A stretch of DNA of 64,000 nucleotides, from positions 32,001 through 96,000 of the forward strand of contig CAXXOA010000001.1 in assembly GCA_963666275.2 (NCBI GenBank), written 5' to 3'. This document shows positions 1 to 10,540 of this stretch, in pieces; position 1 is the first letter of the stretch; the number at the start of each line of letters is the position of its first letter. The notes under the pieces were generated by a model. It was not told where the DNA came from and ran no database searches. It worked only from the letters and a program-made list of their open reading frames with translations. Source of the stretch: Oceanispirochaeta sp. Its GTDB lineage: Bacteria > Spirochaetota > Spirochaetia > DSM-2461. A program made the position numbers and the translations under genes.

Positions 1-548
1 ATCAGGCCGTAACCGGCACCTTCTGTTTCATCAAATCCGTATGCCAGGACTTCCGCAAGGGATTCAAACTTCCGCGCCTGTTTGAGCCTTTCGGCAATAC
101 GGATTTTCTCCTCCTGAAGAAGGGGGCTGTTATTGAGAATCTCAATTGTCAGATTTTCATCGGTTTTTGCATAGTTTATGGTGACAAAGGTCTCCTTTTC
201 CCTGTGGAGACGCGCGTACTTTTCAAAATTGCCGAAAACATCTTTTTTGAATGTTCTGATCCCTCTGGCATAATCGTCACTGTTTTCGATATCCAGGCCG
301 GAAGACTCGAAGTAGAGCCTTTTGGAATTGGCTTTACTGGCATTCATGCTCAGTTCGTTCTGAGTATACTCCAGGTAGGAGTAGAGTTTGTCCTGATTGA
401 TTTCAGATAGGATCGCTTTTAAAACCCGGGAAAGGGAACTGTCAGTCTCCCGGTTCACATAGGGAACTGTGCAGCTGAAGACGCCATTGCTGCTGAACTC
501 CTCCCGGATTTTTTCTTCCGGGAGGGATTCGAAATTTGTGTATTCCAT
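1..548 (-). CDS. Partial ORF (runs off the window start) with an HATPase-like domain of the spirochaete HDOD-associated type
   Basis: Not in the ORF track. Hand translation from ATG 548 is open to base 1: MEYTNFESLPEEKIREEF...NELSMNASKANSKRLYF...FDETEGAGYGL. It has an N-box-like ELSMNA and a G-box-like EGAGYG, with GGAG upstream. Confidence 0.75.
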   Translation of the reverse strand, partial: MEYTNFESLPEEKIREEFSSNGVFSCTVPYVNRETDSSLSRVLKAILSEINQDKLYSYLEYTQNELSMNASKANSKRLYFESSGLDIENSDDYARGIRTFKKDVFGNFEKYARLHREKETFVTINYAKTDENLTIEILNNSPLLQEEKIRIAERLKQARKFESLAEVLAYGFDETEGAGYGL

Positions 549-570
549 ACTAGCTCCAGAGGCATTGTGC

Positions 571-1815
571 CTACATATTCACTCTGTTCTTACCCTGCTG
601 TTTGGCTTCATACATTTTCTTGTCAGCCAGACTGATCATTTCAGCAAATGTATCTTTCTTCTCCAGACAGAGTCCTATGCTGGCTGTAATCTGGAATGGT
701 TTGAAATCAGTGTTAAATTCAATTTCCTGAATTTTGTATCGCAGCTCCTCAAACAGGAGTACCGCATCCTTGGGATGCATATTGTTTCCGACTATACAGA
801 ATTCCTCTCCCCCGTACCGGCAGAGTATATCGCTCTCTCTGACATTCTCAGAGAGTATCTCAGAGACCTTTTCAAGGACCGTATCGCCCATGTCATGGCC
901 CAGACTGTCATTGATGGCTTTAAAATTGTCCAGATCGATCATGGCAACCACCATGAACTGTCCCGTCCGCTGGGAGGTTTTGAAAAGGAGATCTCCCGTT
1001 TCAAAAAGGTAGCGTCTGTTATGAAGTCCTGTTAAGTGATCAATCAGAGCTTCTTCCTTGATATTCTCGAAACTGTCCACCAGACGGAGATTCTGATAGA
1101 TCCGGCAGAAAAGGAGGTCGCTGATAAAGGGCTTGGTGAAAAAGTCATTGGCCCCGTATTTGATGAATTTTATCATCATCGTATGGTTTCCCCGGGCAGA
1201 GATGCCTATGATGGCAAGTCTGTCGGTCGAGTAGGACTGGCGGATCCGTCTTGTCAGTTCAAAACCGTCACAGCGGGGCATACTGTAATCCGTGAGAACC
1301 AGCTTGATATCCATGTGGCTTTCGAGAATTTCCATAGCTTCCAGTCCATCTCTGGCTTCATAGACTTTGAACTGATGAATCTGAAGGAGCTGGAGAAGGT
1401 GTTTCCTGGCGACGGAAGAGTCGTCAACAACCAGGATTCCCAGATCCCGGTTACGGAAAAATCTCTGAATCATATCGATCAGATAATTGATGCAGTTACT
1501 GTCCTCTTTGAGGATATAGTCAATGACTTTCCGGGACCAGGTGGATTCCTGAACATCCGGTGAAAACCTTCCGGTCATAACGATGGAAGGAATATTCTCT
1601 TCGTTACAGAGGTCTACGATCTCTCCCTCTTCCGCATCGGGAAGGTGGAAATCCAGCAGAGCAATAGAATATTCTTTTTCTGTTTCAAAAGATTTCTTTG
1701 TTTCTTCCAGAGACTTGAACCAGTGAACTGTATAGCCCAGCCTGGATTCTATATTGTGTTTTAACAGTTTACCGAAAAACTGGCTGTCTTCAACGACGAG
1801 TATTTTAATATCCAT
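571..1815 (-). CDS. Response-regulator diguanylate cyclase (REC-REC-GGDEF, PleD-like)
   Basis: Two receiver domains (ILVVEDS...LLDFHLP; ILVVDDS...LTDYSMP), then DHLTGLHNRR, DLDNFKAINDSLGH, I-site RESD and RYGGEEF. Confidence 0.95.
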   Translation of the reverse strand: MDIKILVVEDSQFFGKLLKHNIESRLGYTVHWFKSLEETKKSFETEKEYSIALLDFHLPDAEEGEIVDLCNEENIPSIVMTGRFSPDVQESTWSRKVIDYILKEDSNCINYLIDMIQRFFRNRDLGILVVDDSSVARKHLLQLLQIHQFKVYEARDGLEAMEILESHMDIKLVLTDYSMPRCDGFELTRRIRQSYSTDRLAIIGISARGNHTMMIKFIKYGANDFFTKPFISDLLFCRIYQNLRLVDSFENIKEEALIDHLTGLHNRRYLFETGDLLFKTSQRTGQFMVVAMIDLDNFKAINDSLGHDMGDTVLEKVSEILSENVRESDILCRYGGEEFCIVGNNMHPKDAVLLFEELRYKIQEIEFNTDFKPFQITASIGLCLEKKDTFAEMISLADKKMYEAKQQGKNRVNM

Positions 1816-1888
1816 TATCTCTATTGAAGATATTACGAAACAACCTTATTTTCAACATGAAACGGTATTATAGAGGCCGAATAGAGGC

Positions 1889-1913
1889 AAAAAATCCCTT
1901 CCTGAGGGGGATT
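1889..1913 (-). terminator. Probable intrinsic terminator of the 1954-6214 operon
   Basis: AATCCC...GGGATT stem with an A-run on its left (U-tract on the minus strand). Confidence 0.55.
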
Positions 1914-1953
1914 GTGCTGTTTCTCCTGCTGAAGGAGTTCCGGAGGCTGTGAA

Positions 1954-3243
1954 TTAATACTCGTACTGCAGACGGATATAGACGTTGTCTGACTCGTCTC
2001 TGCCTGTGAAAATATTTTCTTCCGCCCCTCCCGTGTTGATATCGGCTCCGGCTTCTACAAGCATCCTGTCTGAGAGGCCGTAGCTGATGCGCGGAGCAAT
2101 GTAGATATCCGGATAGAGAAGGCCTGTGTTTAATCCCAGATAGAGCTTCTCCCTCATAAACGAGCGGTGCAGATGAAGGACCGCAAAGGCGATATGCTCC
2201 CGGGGCTGAACGGCGAAGCTGTTGTATTCTTCGGCCAGCTCCTCAAACAGAGCGCTGTCATAGGGCTCCTCCAGGGCATCGTAGTTGATAAAATACTGAT
2301 ACACCAGGCTCAGCTGGGCAAAGGTTCCATTCAGAATAGAACCGGTAATCTGGGTATTCGCAGAGAAGCTTGAATTGGCAATCCCCGGATCTGTTCCCTC
2401 AGGATCTTCTGTCAGGGTAAATCCCAGATCCTCCGAGAGGATCGTCTCTCCCAGGGTGGTGCTTACAGCGGCTCCGAAAAGCTGGTTTCTGGTGTAGAGC
2501 GGCTCAATCTCTCCTGTCAGGACCTGGCCGTCCGCGTCCAGTTCCGACAGGTCGAATCCCGGTGTCTGTTCCGTATACCAGGCGTAGACAAGCTGGAGAT
2601 CAAAGGTATCGGAAAAGTGGTAGTACCTGAAAAAAAGGGACTGGGCCTGATCTGTCAGATAAGCCTGGCTGTCCCGCTCCAGAGTCAGATCCCATTCATC
2701 GCTCCGGAGGGTTTCCTTTGCAGAGGGATCATAGTCCGGACGGGGAAAGGGGACATAGATCAGTTCAAAGGTATCGCTGAAATTGGGATAGTACAGGATC
2801 TGGACCATCCCGTCGGGGCGGCGGCCGTCCACACTGTCATCCAGGCTGAAAATGGTCTGATCCGAGGCATTTATGATGTTCAGAGGGCCGTAGACATCGG
2901 AGAATCCGAAAGATGCCAGCTTCTGCCCCAGGACTATGTCGAAGTTCCCCGCCGGCAGAGACACATAGGCTTCCCTGAGTATATTTTCCGGGGCTGTGAA
3001 TTCCTCTTCTCCCAGGGGCTGATACCAGAGGTTGGCTGAGAGGTTCACATCCGCAAGATAGCCGAACAGGGATGCCTGGAACTGGGGCTGCAGATAGTAT
3101 CGGTTCCGCAGAGTCTCATAGCTCTCATCCGGTTCGACCGCTCCGTAGTAGTCTGCAAAACTCAGGAGCCGGAACTCCCCGTCCGCCGGAAAGAGCTGGA
3201 AAGAAAGGAGCAGGGTTAGCAGAATGAGGATCTTTTTCATCAC
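1954..3243 (-). CDS. Exported, probably outer-membrane beta-barrel protein (DUF1302-like)
   Basis: Signal peptide, LREAYV and IVLGQK motifs, C-terminal aromatic YIRLQYEY; follows a LolA-like gene and an MMPL gene. Confidence 0.65.
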   Translation of the reverse strand: MMKKILILLTLLLSFQLFPADGEFRLLSFADYYGAVEPDESYETLRNRYYLQPQFQASLFGYLADVNLSANLWYQPLGEEEFTAPENILREAYVSLPAGNFDIVLGQKLASFGFSDVYGPLNIINASDQTIFSLDDSVDGRRPDGMVQILYYPNFSDTFELIYVPFPRPDYDPSAKETLRSDEWDLTLERDSQAYLTDQAQSLFFRYYHFSDTFDLQLVYAWYTEQTPGFDLSELDADGQVLTGEIEPLYTRNQLFGAAVSTTLGETILSEDLGFTLTEDPEGTDPGIANSSFSANTQITGSILNGTFAQLSLVYQYFINYDALEEPYDSALFEELAEEYNSFAVQPREHIAFAVLHLHRSFMREKLYLGLNTGLLYPDIYIAPRISYGLSDRMLVEAGADINTGGAEENIFTGRDESDNVYIRLQYEY

Positions 3244-4016
3244 CGGTTCCTCAGGTATCTGGTTGTAAAAATGTTCTCGGGGATCTCTTCCAGCGAATAA
3301 TCATGAAAATCCAGAATGGACTTGTGGTCGGTCTGGACATTGTGCATGACGATGTTGGTCGGATAAATGGCGCCGTTGTTGTTGAGTGTCTCCTTGACTC
3401 TGTAGGTTTTCAGCAGGTTTTCGGAAAGATCGTAATAATCCCGGGCATAGAGGAAATAGTCTTCGGTGCTGTAGTAGTTGATCTGGTAGGCATAGCCCCT
3501 CTGCTGCCTCTCCTCCAGGCTCTTGGCCCAGTCTTTGATGACATGGCAGGTCCTGCCGTCTATAACCTGAGTCCCCAGATACTCTCTTTCATAGTTATCC
3601 TGGGTTTTCAGAATAAAATCGGAATAGGTAAAATCGCTGCCCATGAAATACCCGCCGCCCGACTGCTCCAGGGCCACCCTTTTTATACGGCGGACCGCCG
3701 GAAGATAGATCCACATATTGCTGTCATCGCCGTTGAAGAAGGTATGAAGCAGGATTCCCGTATCCCTTACCGTGGGGGGGTAGCTGAAGAGAAAGAGCAT
3801 GTTTGTCTGATCGTTTCCGACAATCTTCTGATAGGCCTGGGCCTCCACCTCGCGGACATCTCCTTTTTTGGAAATCATTTCCATCCGGATCGTTCCGCTC
3901 AGATTGGGAAATGTGAGGGTATCGCCGAAATTTTTCAGAATCTGGTCAACACTTACCTGGGCTGAAAGGATATTTAAAGGGATCAGAAAGATCAGTACTA
4001 TAAAGAATTTCTTCAT
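3240..4016 (-). CDS. Outer-membrane lipoprotein-sorting protein (LolA-like)
   Basis: Signal peptide; WIYLPAVRRIKRV, FMGSDFTYSD and C-terminal IFTTRYL motifs. Confidence 0.85.
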   Translation of the reverse strand: MKKFFIVLIFLIPLNILSAQVSVDQILKNFGDTLTFPNLSGTIRMEMISKKGDVREVEAQAYQKIVGNDQTNMLFLFSYPPTVRDTGILLHTFFNGDDSNMWIYLPAVRRIKRVALEQSGGGYFMGSDFTYSDFILKTQDNYEREYLGTQVIDGRTCHVIKDWAKSLEERQQRGYAYQINYYSTEDYFLYARDYYDLSENLLKTYRVKETLNNNGAIYPTNIVMHNVQTDHKSILDFHDYSLEEIPENIFTTRYLRNR

Positions 4017-6214
4017 TTTGTATTCACCTCGTTTGTGGATTTATGGGGCAGTGCCAGAAGAGGCAGCAGGATAACACTCAGGAAAAAGGAAATGATAAGA
4101 GACGTAATAAGGAGGATCCCCAGATTCCTGGCTCCTTTGAAAGAGGAGAGCAGGAGGACCGAGAATGAGAAGAGGGATGTGAGGAAGCTCAACAGGATGG
4201 GAATGCCGCTGTAGTTCAGGATAAAACTGTAGGCTTCCTCCAGGGAGACCGCCTCTTTGAGGGATTCGATGGCTGTCAGGGTATGGATACTGTAGTCAAT
4301 CACAAGGCCGGTGATGATGGCGACGAATATAATGGAAAAGGCGTCAATGCTCAGGGAGGCACTGGAGATCATCCCGAAAGAAAAAATCATGCTGAAGATG
4401 GCCGGAACCAGGCTGAGAAGAGCCAGACGGAGATTCCTGTAGAAAATCAGGACCGTCAGAAAAATGAGGACGCTTCCGATCAGGAAGGAGACTATCCAGT
4501 TATTCCGCAGTTTTGACTGCTCCTTTTCCAGGTCCTCCACCATGCCGTGAACTGTCATGGTCCATCCGGTGGGGAGAGTCTCCCTGATCTCTTCCATGGT
4601 CAGGGAGAAGTCGTTCAGGTTGTCAATATTCCTGTAATAGACCATTCCTCTGATTGAGAAATACCGGTAGGAAGAGTCCAGCAGGGATTCGTATTCCAGA
4701 GGATCCACCGAAGAAGAGTAGTAGAGAAGATACTGTTCAATCAGCATGGGGAATATATCCGCAAGAAAGGGATCCGTCAGAAGGGATTCTTCGGATCCCT
4801 GAAAATAGAAATTCATCCTTTTCAGGACAGACAGGAATGAGTAGGCGTAACCGACGGACTCCCCCTGTTCCAGCCGGGAATGGATGGCATCAATGGTCAG
4901 TATGCTCTCCCTTTCCAGGAGGCTGTTGTTCTCACCGGTATCCACTTCGATGAAGTAGGGGACCGTTCCGAAAAAGGAGGAGTTGATAAGATCATCCGCC
5001 AGTTTCACCGTGTTGGAGTCGGGGAGCTGTTCGATGGGATAGGGTTCTATCCTCAGTTTCGGCAGCTGCAGCATTCCCCAGACCGTGAGCAGGGCCAGAA
5101 GCAGAAACAGGATGAATCTGTGTCTTGATATGAAGGTGAATACCCTCAGCTGTTTGCCTGCAAACAGCGGGAAAAGGGCCTTGTCCGATGTGGGAAAGCT
5201 CTGGTAGGGGAGCCAGAGGAACACCCCTGCAAAGGTCACGCTTATACTGATGGAGACCAGAGTGCCCAGCTGCCTGTGACCGGTTCCGTCCAGAAAAAGA
5301 AGGGAAAGGAAACCTGTCAGGGTGGAAATTGCCGTGAGCGACAGGGGGAACAGGAGCCGGCTTCTGATGGTGCCGCTTCCCTGCTGATGGGGCTCAAACC
5401 TGTAGTGATAGAAGTAGTGAATGATATAATCGCTCAGCAGTCCCATTCCGAAAACCGGGACCAGCAGGATCAGGGGAGAGTCCTCCATACCCAGGAATTT
5501 GATGAAAAAATAGGAGAGTCCCACCGAAAGGAGGATGAGCGCCCAGGAGATCAGGATAATCCTCAGATTCCGGAAGCTCAGAAAAACAAGGGTGATCAGA
5601 AGGATCAGAAGGGGAAGGAATATGGTTATATCCTTGGTGAGCAGATCTGCTGTCCTGGCCAGGATGGGGGCCCTTCCCGTATAGTGAAAGGGGATGATCC
5701 GGGAATAGGCCTTCTGAACCTCCGCCAGACTGCTGTTGATTTCTCCGGGAAGGCTGTTGTTTGAAAAATAGATATAGTAGAGGATCCTGTCCCGGGAGGC
5801 GTTCACATAGGGCTGCAGTTCAGGGTATGTTCCGATTTCTCCCGTAAAGTTTCTGATAAAATCTTCTGAAATTTCCGAGGGGTTTCCGGGGACCAGGGAG
5901 CTGACCAGGATATCATCGCCTTCGGATTTGATGACACTCGTACTGAACAGAGAGTCCACCCTGTTGACTCCCTCCATCCCTGCAAAGGATTTTTCCAGGT
6001 TTATGAGATCTTTGAAATCCCCCGGATCCGATAGTGAGAGATTTTCCCCCCCCAGATCAACTGTAGCCACAGCCACATTCCTCTGAGGGACCAGAAGGTG
6101 TGTTTCCATATCTGCATATATTTCAAGCTTTTCAGTTTTAGCCGTAGGTGAAAACAGAAGGAACGCAAGGAATAGCAGCAGAGCAAAAACCGGAAAACCG
6201 TATTTTTTTATCAT
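4013..6214 (-). CDS. MMPL/RND family transporter
   Basis: Two repeated TM bundles with periplasmic loops; GLLSDYIIH and GLVIDYSIH motifs. Confidence 0.88.
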   Translation of the reverse strand: MIKKYGFPVFALLLFLAFLLFSPTAKTEKLEIYADMETHLLVPQRNVAVATVDLGGENLSLSDPGDFKDLINLEKSFAGMEGVNRVDSLFSTSVIKSEGDDILVSSLVPGNPSEISEDFIRNFTGEIGTYPELQPYVNASRDRILYYIYFSNNSLPGEINSSLAEVQKAYSRIIPFHYTGRAPILARTADLLTKDITIFLPLLILLITLVFLSFRNLRIILISWALILLSVGLSYFFIKFLGMEDSPLILLVPVFGMGLLSDYIIHYFYHYRFEPHQQGSGTIRSRLLFPLSLTAISTLTGFLSLLFLDGTGHRQLGTLVSISISVTFAGVFLWLPYQSFPTSDKALFPLFAGKQLRVFTFISRHRFILFLLLALLTVWGMLQLPKLRIEPYPIEQLPDSNTVKLADDLINSSFFGTVPYFIEVDTGENNSLLERESILTIDAIHSRLEQGESVGYAYSFLSVLKRMNFYFQGSEESLLTDPFLADIFPMLIEQYLLYYSSSVDPLEYESLLDSSYRYFSIRGMVYYRNIDNLNDFSLTMEEIRETLPTGWTMTVHGMVEDLEKEQSKLRNNWIVSFLIGSVLIFLTVLIFYRNLRLALLSLVPAIFSMIFSFGMISSASLSIDAFSIIFVAIITGLVIDYSIHTLTAIESLKEAVSLEEAYSFILNYSGIPILLSFLTSLFSFSVLLLSSFKGARNLGILLITSLIISFFLSVILLPLLALPHKSTNEVNTK

Positions 6215-6358
6215 CGATTACCCTTTCAGCACATTTGGCGAATCCTGGTTGCAGACAATCCTATAATCATGAATATTACTTAATCAGTATAAAATATTGC
6301 CGGGGGAATCTCAAGTTTTCCGCCCGGTTCCGGGAGTCATCCCGGTTCTTTCCTGTTC

Positions 6359-8542
6359 TCAGATTTTTCCCTCTTTCGCCTTGATGGCTATGACCTCTTT
6401 CAATTGAATATCCCTGCTGCTGTTTCCCGCCATGATCACAAATTCACCCGGTTCCAGACGCCAGTTTCCCCGGTAGGGATCAAAATACTGAAAGGCTCTT
6501 TTGCCCAGTGAAAATGTCAGATGCTCGGATTTTCCGGGGAGCAGAAAAATTTTCCGGAAGGCTTTCAGTTCTTTGGGCGGCCTGATCAGATCGCTTTCCG
6601 GGTCCCGGATGTAGATCTGCACCACCTCTGCTCCCGCCCGGGTCCCTGTATTTTTGACTTTCAGAGACACTTCGCAGGAAAAATCTCCCTTTGTCTCCAC
6701 TTTTACCTTCAGACCGGTCAGGCTGAAACTTGTATAGCTCATACCGAAACCGAAGGGAAAGAGGGGGGGGATTCTCTCCCGTTCAAAGTGGCGGTAACCT
6801 ACAAAGATCCCTTCAAAATACTCCATGTCGTGAATCCGGCGCAGATAGGGATTCCCCTGGCCCATGGAGATCTGCCTGACCGATGTTTTATCCGGATTGG
6901 TCACATAGTGGGCGGTGGAACCGAAGTCCTCCCAGTGTTCCGACATGGTAAAGGGGAGTTTTCCCGATGGATTGATCTTTCCGAACAGGATATCCGCCAG
7001 AGCCGGGCCGGCTGTCTCTCCCAGGTAGAAGCTGTGGATAAAGGCCCTGACCCTGTCGATCCAGCCGGTGGTGTTCGCGCCTCCACCGGCGGTCATGACC
7101 ACAAGGGTATTGGGGTTGGCACTGGCAATGGAGAGAATGCTGTCTGACTGTCCGTAGGGAAGATCCCAGGAGCGGTCCCAGCATTCGCTCTCCTCGGTAT
7201 GACTGAATCCGGCGCAGTAGACCACCGCCCGGGCCAGTTTTATCTTTTCCAGATCTTCTTCGGAAAGAGAGTTTTCGCTCCAGGGCAGATACTCCACTTT
7301 CAGCTTCCCCGCCGCCTCCTGAATGCCTGTGAGAAAGTCTATGCCTGCAGAGGTCCTGACATAGCTGCTCCCGCCGCCTCCTGTTTCGGTGTCTTTTGCC
7401 ATCCGTCCTGTGACGATGAGGGTGCCCTCTTCCTCCGGATCAAGAGGAAGGAAGTCATTGCTGTTTTTAAGAAGGATCATGCCTTCGGCTGCCACTTTCC
7501 GGGCCAGTTTTATCTGGTCTTCCGAATGAACGGGCTTTTCCGGAGCTTTCTGCGGACGATGATAGACGCCCTCTTTCAGGAGGGTTCCCAATAGGTTCCT
7601 CACCATCCTGTTCAGGTCGGATTCCCGGATTTTCCCTTTTTTCAGAGCTTTCCGTATCCTTTTGTCGGAGAACCATTTCCCCTGGGGCATCTCCAGGTCA
7701 AGGCCGTTCTTTACAGGCCCCGCGGTGCTGTACAGACTGTTCCAGTCACTGAGGACGAAACCGTCAAATCCCCAATCTTCTCTGAGAATCTCCTGAAGGA
7801 GCTTTCCGTTTTCGCTGGCGTAGGTTCCGTTCACAGGGTTATAGGCTGTCATGACAGCCCGGGCGCCGCCCTCTTTTACAGCCATCTCAAAGGCGGGGAG
7901 GTAGATTTCCCGGAGGGCCCTTGCATTGACTACGGAGTTTGTCTTATGTCTGTCGTATTCTGAATTGTTGCAGGCAAAGTGCTTTACAGCAGTGATCACA
8001 CCCTCTTCCCTGGCGCCCCTGATATAGGAGGCGGCCATTTTTCCCGCAAGGAAGGGATCTTCTCCCATGTACTCGAAGTTTCTTCCGCATGTGGGAACCC
8101 TGTAGATATTGACTCCCGGTCCCAGCAGAATCGAGACACCCCTGTTTCTGAACTCCTGAGCCAGGGCTTTCCCGGCCTGGCGGATCAGCTCTTCATCCCA
8201 GCTTGCCGCCATGGCCAGAGGCGCGGGAAAGGCTGTTCCTCCGGGAAAGCTTCTCAGGCCGGCTGTAGCGTCACTGCACCAGATACTGGGGAGGCCCAGC
8301 CGCGGGAGGCCCTGAATCGCCAGATCCTGATAACCGCTGATATACTGGATTTTTTCATCCAGGGTCATCGAATCCAGGAGCTGGTCCGTCAGTTCTTCCA
8401 TGGAAATGTCAGAAGAGGGAAGACCCTGGAAATCTGCATCCTCCACATCCTGCTTGTGCATTCTGCGGACACCCTTTCCGGGATCACTGATGCTGTCCAT
8501 CTTTTCGCTGATCTTTTTTTTCAACCCTTTGTTCTGAACCAT
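6359..8542 (-). CDS. Glycoside hydrolase family 3 beta-glucosidase
   Basis: GRNFEYMGEDP, KHFACN, nucleophile SDW, NPSGKLP, and a C-terminal Fn3-like domain (GAEVVQIY, ELKAFRK). Confidence 0.95.
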   Translation of the reverse strand: MVQNKGLKKKISEKMDSISDPGKGVRRMHKQDVEDADFQGLPSSDISMEELTDQLLDSMTLDEKIQYISGYQDLAIQGLPRLGLPSIWCSDATAGLRSFPGGTAFPAPLAMAASWDEELIRQAGKALAQEFRNRGVSILLGPGVNIYRVPTCGRNFEYMGEDPFLAGKMAASYIRGAREEGVITAVKHFACNNSEYDRHKTNSVVNARALREIYLPAFEMAVKEGGARAVMTAYNPVNGTYASENGKLLQEILREDWGFDGFVLSDWNSLYSTAGPVKNGLDLEMPQGKWFSDKRIRKALKKGKIRESDLNRMVRNLLGTLLKEGVYHRPQKAPEKPVHSEDQIKLARKVAAEGMILLKNSNDFLPLDPEEEGTLIVTGRMAKDTETGGGGSSYVRTSAGIDFLTGIQEAAGKLKVEYLPWSENSLSEEDLEKIKLARAVVYCAGFSHTEESECWDRSWDLPYGQSDSILSIASANPNTLVVMTAGGGANTTGWIDRVRAFIHSFYLGETAGPALADILFGKINPSGKLPFTMSEHWEDFGSTAHYVTNPDKTSVRQISMGQGNPYLRRIHDMEYFEGIFVGYRHFERERIPPLFPFGFGMSYTSFSLTGLKVKVETKGDFSCEVSLKVKNTGTRAGAEVVQIYIRDPESDLIRPPKELKAFRKIFLLPGKSEHLTFSLGKRAFQYFDPYRGNWRLEPGEFVIMAGNSSRDIQLKEVIAIKAKEGKI

Positions 8543-8677
8543 GAGCTGCTCCTTGCTGATTGCCCCCTATTATACTATAAGTCGAGGATACGTGCCAAAA
8601 CCAATAGAGAATGGTTGGTCTTTTATATCCTTTCATTCTATAATATATCCATCTTACTATCCATGAAGCGGGGTTTT

Positions 8678-9181
8678 ATGTCCATGAGACGCAGCTTTTT
8701 CCTGATCGGTCTGTTTTTTCTGGTCTCCAGCGGGCTTTTCGCCCTGGATCCGGGAGAGGTCTTTCCCTCTTTTTCGGTTGTTTCCGGTGACGGGAAAATC
8801 CTGATCTCCCCCGATCTGGAGGGAAGATGGGGCCTCGTCTTTTATGAAGACAGAAATGAAACGGAAAAAAACAACGCTCTGAAGAGTTATTTTCAAAATC
8901 AGAGCCTTGATGATGAACTGGTGGCTCTTGTCTTCATTGCCGACTGTACCGATGCGGGACTCAGAAAAAAGATCTGGGAAAATCAGCTGAAAGACAGCAG
9001 CCGCAGGATGGGTGTCACTGTGTACGGCGACTGGAACGGAAAACTCAAGAGAGGGCTGGGTGCCGTGGAAGGGGAAGCCTTTTTTTATCTGATTGATCCT
9101 GAGGGTATTATCCGCTACTTTAAAGAAGGGACTGTCCCAGAGGGGGATTTTCAGGAGATTCAGGCGCTGCTTAATCCCTGA
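8678..9181 (+). CDS. Exported thioredoxin-fold protein (YtfJ/redoxin-like)
   Basis: 3' part of track ORF 7979..9181; start is ATG 8678 or 8684; signal peptide, DWNGK and YLIDPEGIIRY motifs. Confidence 0.6.
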   Translation: MSMRRSFFLIGLFFLVSSGLFALDPGEVFPSFSVVSGDGKILISPDLEGRWGLVFYEDRNETEKNNALKSYFQNQSLDDELVALVFIADCTDAGLRKKIWENQLKDSSRRMGVTVYGDWNGKLKRGLGAVEGEAFFYLIDPEGIIRYFKEGTVPEGDFQEIQALLNP

Positions 9182-9199
9182 ACGCTATTCCATATTCAG

Positions 9200-10540
9200 A
9201 TGAAAAGACAAACTCTATCTAACCGCCAGCTTCTGTTTCTCTATTTTTCTTCGATTATTCTGGTCGGGATCCTTCTCCTGTCTCTGCCTGTCTCCTACCG
9301 GTCCGGTTCTCCCCGTCCCCTGATTGACAGGGTTTTCACTGCGGTCTCAGCCGTCTGCGTGACCGGTCTGGCAACCTTTCCCACAGAGGAGCTTTCCCGG
9401 ACAGGGCAGGTGGCTCTCCTTTTTCTGATTCAGCTGGGCGGCCTGGGGTATATCGCGTTTACCACGCTGTTCCTCTTTTTTCCGGGGTTGCGCTTCACCT
9501 TCCGGGATTCCTCCATTATCGAGCAGTATTTCGGTGACAGCCGTGTTCTCAAGCCTAAGAGAATTATCCGGAATATCCTGGGAACAACCTTTTTTCTGGA
9601 GCTCGCAGGAGCCCTGATCCTTTGGGGCGGGATGAGGCGGCAGGGGGTGGATTCCCCCATTTTCTCCGCTGTGTTTCATGCGGTTTCCGCCTTCTGCAAT
9701 GCAGGCTTTTCCCTCTATCCCGACAGCCTTACCCGATTCTCCGCCAATCCGCTGGTCATGGGCGGGGCGTCTCTCATGATTGTCACGGGAGGACTGGGGT
9801 TTATGGTTCTCTGGAACCTGGGGGGCAAACTGAGGAATCCCGGTGAGGTCAGACTGATGTATCACTCCCGGGTCATGCTTGTCCTGACACCCCTGTTTAT
9901 TCTGGCGGGGTTTTTCTTTTATCTTATACAGGAACGCACCGGAGCCTTTTCCGGAATGGACGCCGGAGAAGCGGCGGGAGCGGCTCTGTTTCAGTCCATT
10001 ACCACCCGGACAGCCGGGTTCAATACGGTAGATCAGGGGGATCTCTCTCTGCCCTCGCTTTTTATCACTCTCTTTCTCATGATTACAGGAGGCGGTTCCG
10101 GATCGACCGCAGGGGGGCTGAAGGTGACGACGATCTTTCTGCTTTCCCTGATCCTCATCAAAGGGGTGGATGATCACGGGGAGGTTACTTTTCTGCAGAG
10201 AAGGATCAGCCGGGATCGTCTCAACCGGGCCGGGGTGTACCTGATGAAAGCCATGGCTATACTTTTTATATCCATTCTGCTGATCCTGTTTGTGGAGGAT
10301 TCCCCCTGGGGCAGCTCCCCGGGCTTTATGGAGATCCTTTTTGAAGGGTTCTCCGCTCTGGGCACTGTGGGCCTGAGTATGGGAATTACTCCGCAGCTCC
10401 ACATTCTGAGCAAGATCATTCTTATTTTTACCATGTTTGCCGGGAGGATCGGCCTTTTCGCCATGATCATGCCTCCGGCTTATGAACAGGAAGTTCAGAA
10501 ATATATCCGCTATCCGAAAGGGGAGGTCCTGATAGGATGA
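9200..10540 (+). CDS. trkH: Trk/Ktr potassium uptake membrane subunit
   Basis: Pore motifs SAVCVTGL, AFCNAGF, RTAGF, GTVGLS; GSTAGGLKVTT; MFAGRIG. Confidence 0.93.
   Translation: MKRQTLSNRQLLFLYFSSIILVGILLLSLPVSYRSGSPRPLIDRVFTAVSAVCVTGLATFPTEELSRTGQVALLFLIQLGGLGYIAFTTLFLFFPGLRFTFRDSSIIEQYFGDSRVLKPKRIIRNILGTTFFLELAGALILWGGMRRQGVDSPIFSAVFHAVSAFCNAGFSLYPDSLTRFSANPLVMGGASLMIVTGGLGFMVLWNLGGKLRNPGEVRLMYHSRVMLVLTPLFILAGFFFYLIQERTGAFSGMDAGEAAGAALFQSITTRTAGFNTVDQGDLSLPSLFITLFLMITGGGSGSTAGGLKVTTIFLLSLILIKGVDDHGEVTFLQRRISRDRLNRAGVYLMKAMAILFISILLILFVEDSPWGSSPGFMEILFEGFSALGTVGLSMGITPQLHILSKIILIFTMFAGRIGLFAMIMPPAYEQEVQKYIRYPKGEVLIG

Noticed and set aside
7979..8677. N-terminal extension of the 400-aa track ORF
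   Set aside because: It overlaps the GH3 gene antisense; the signal peptide begins only at 8678/8684.
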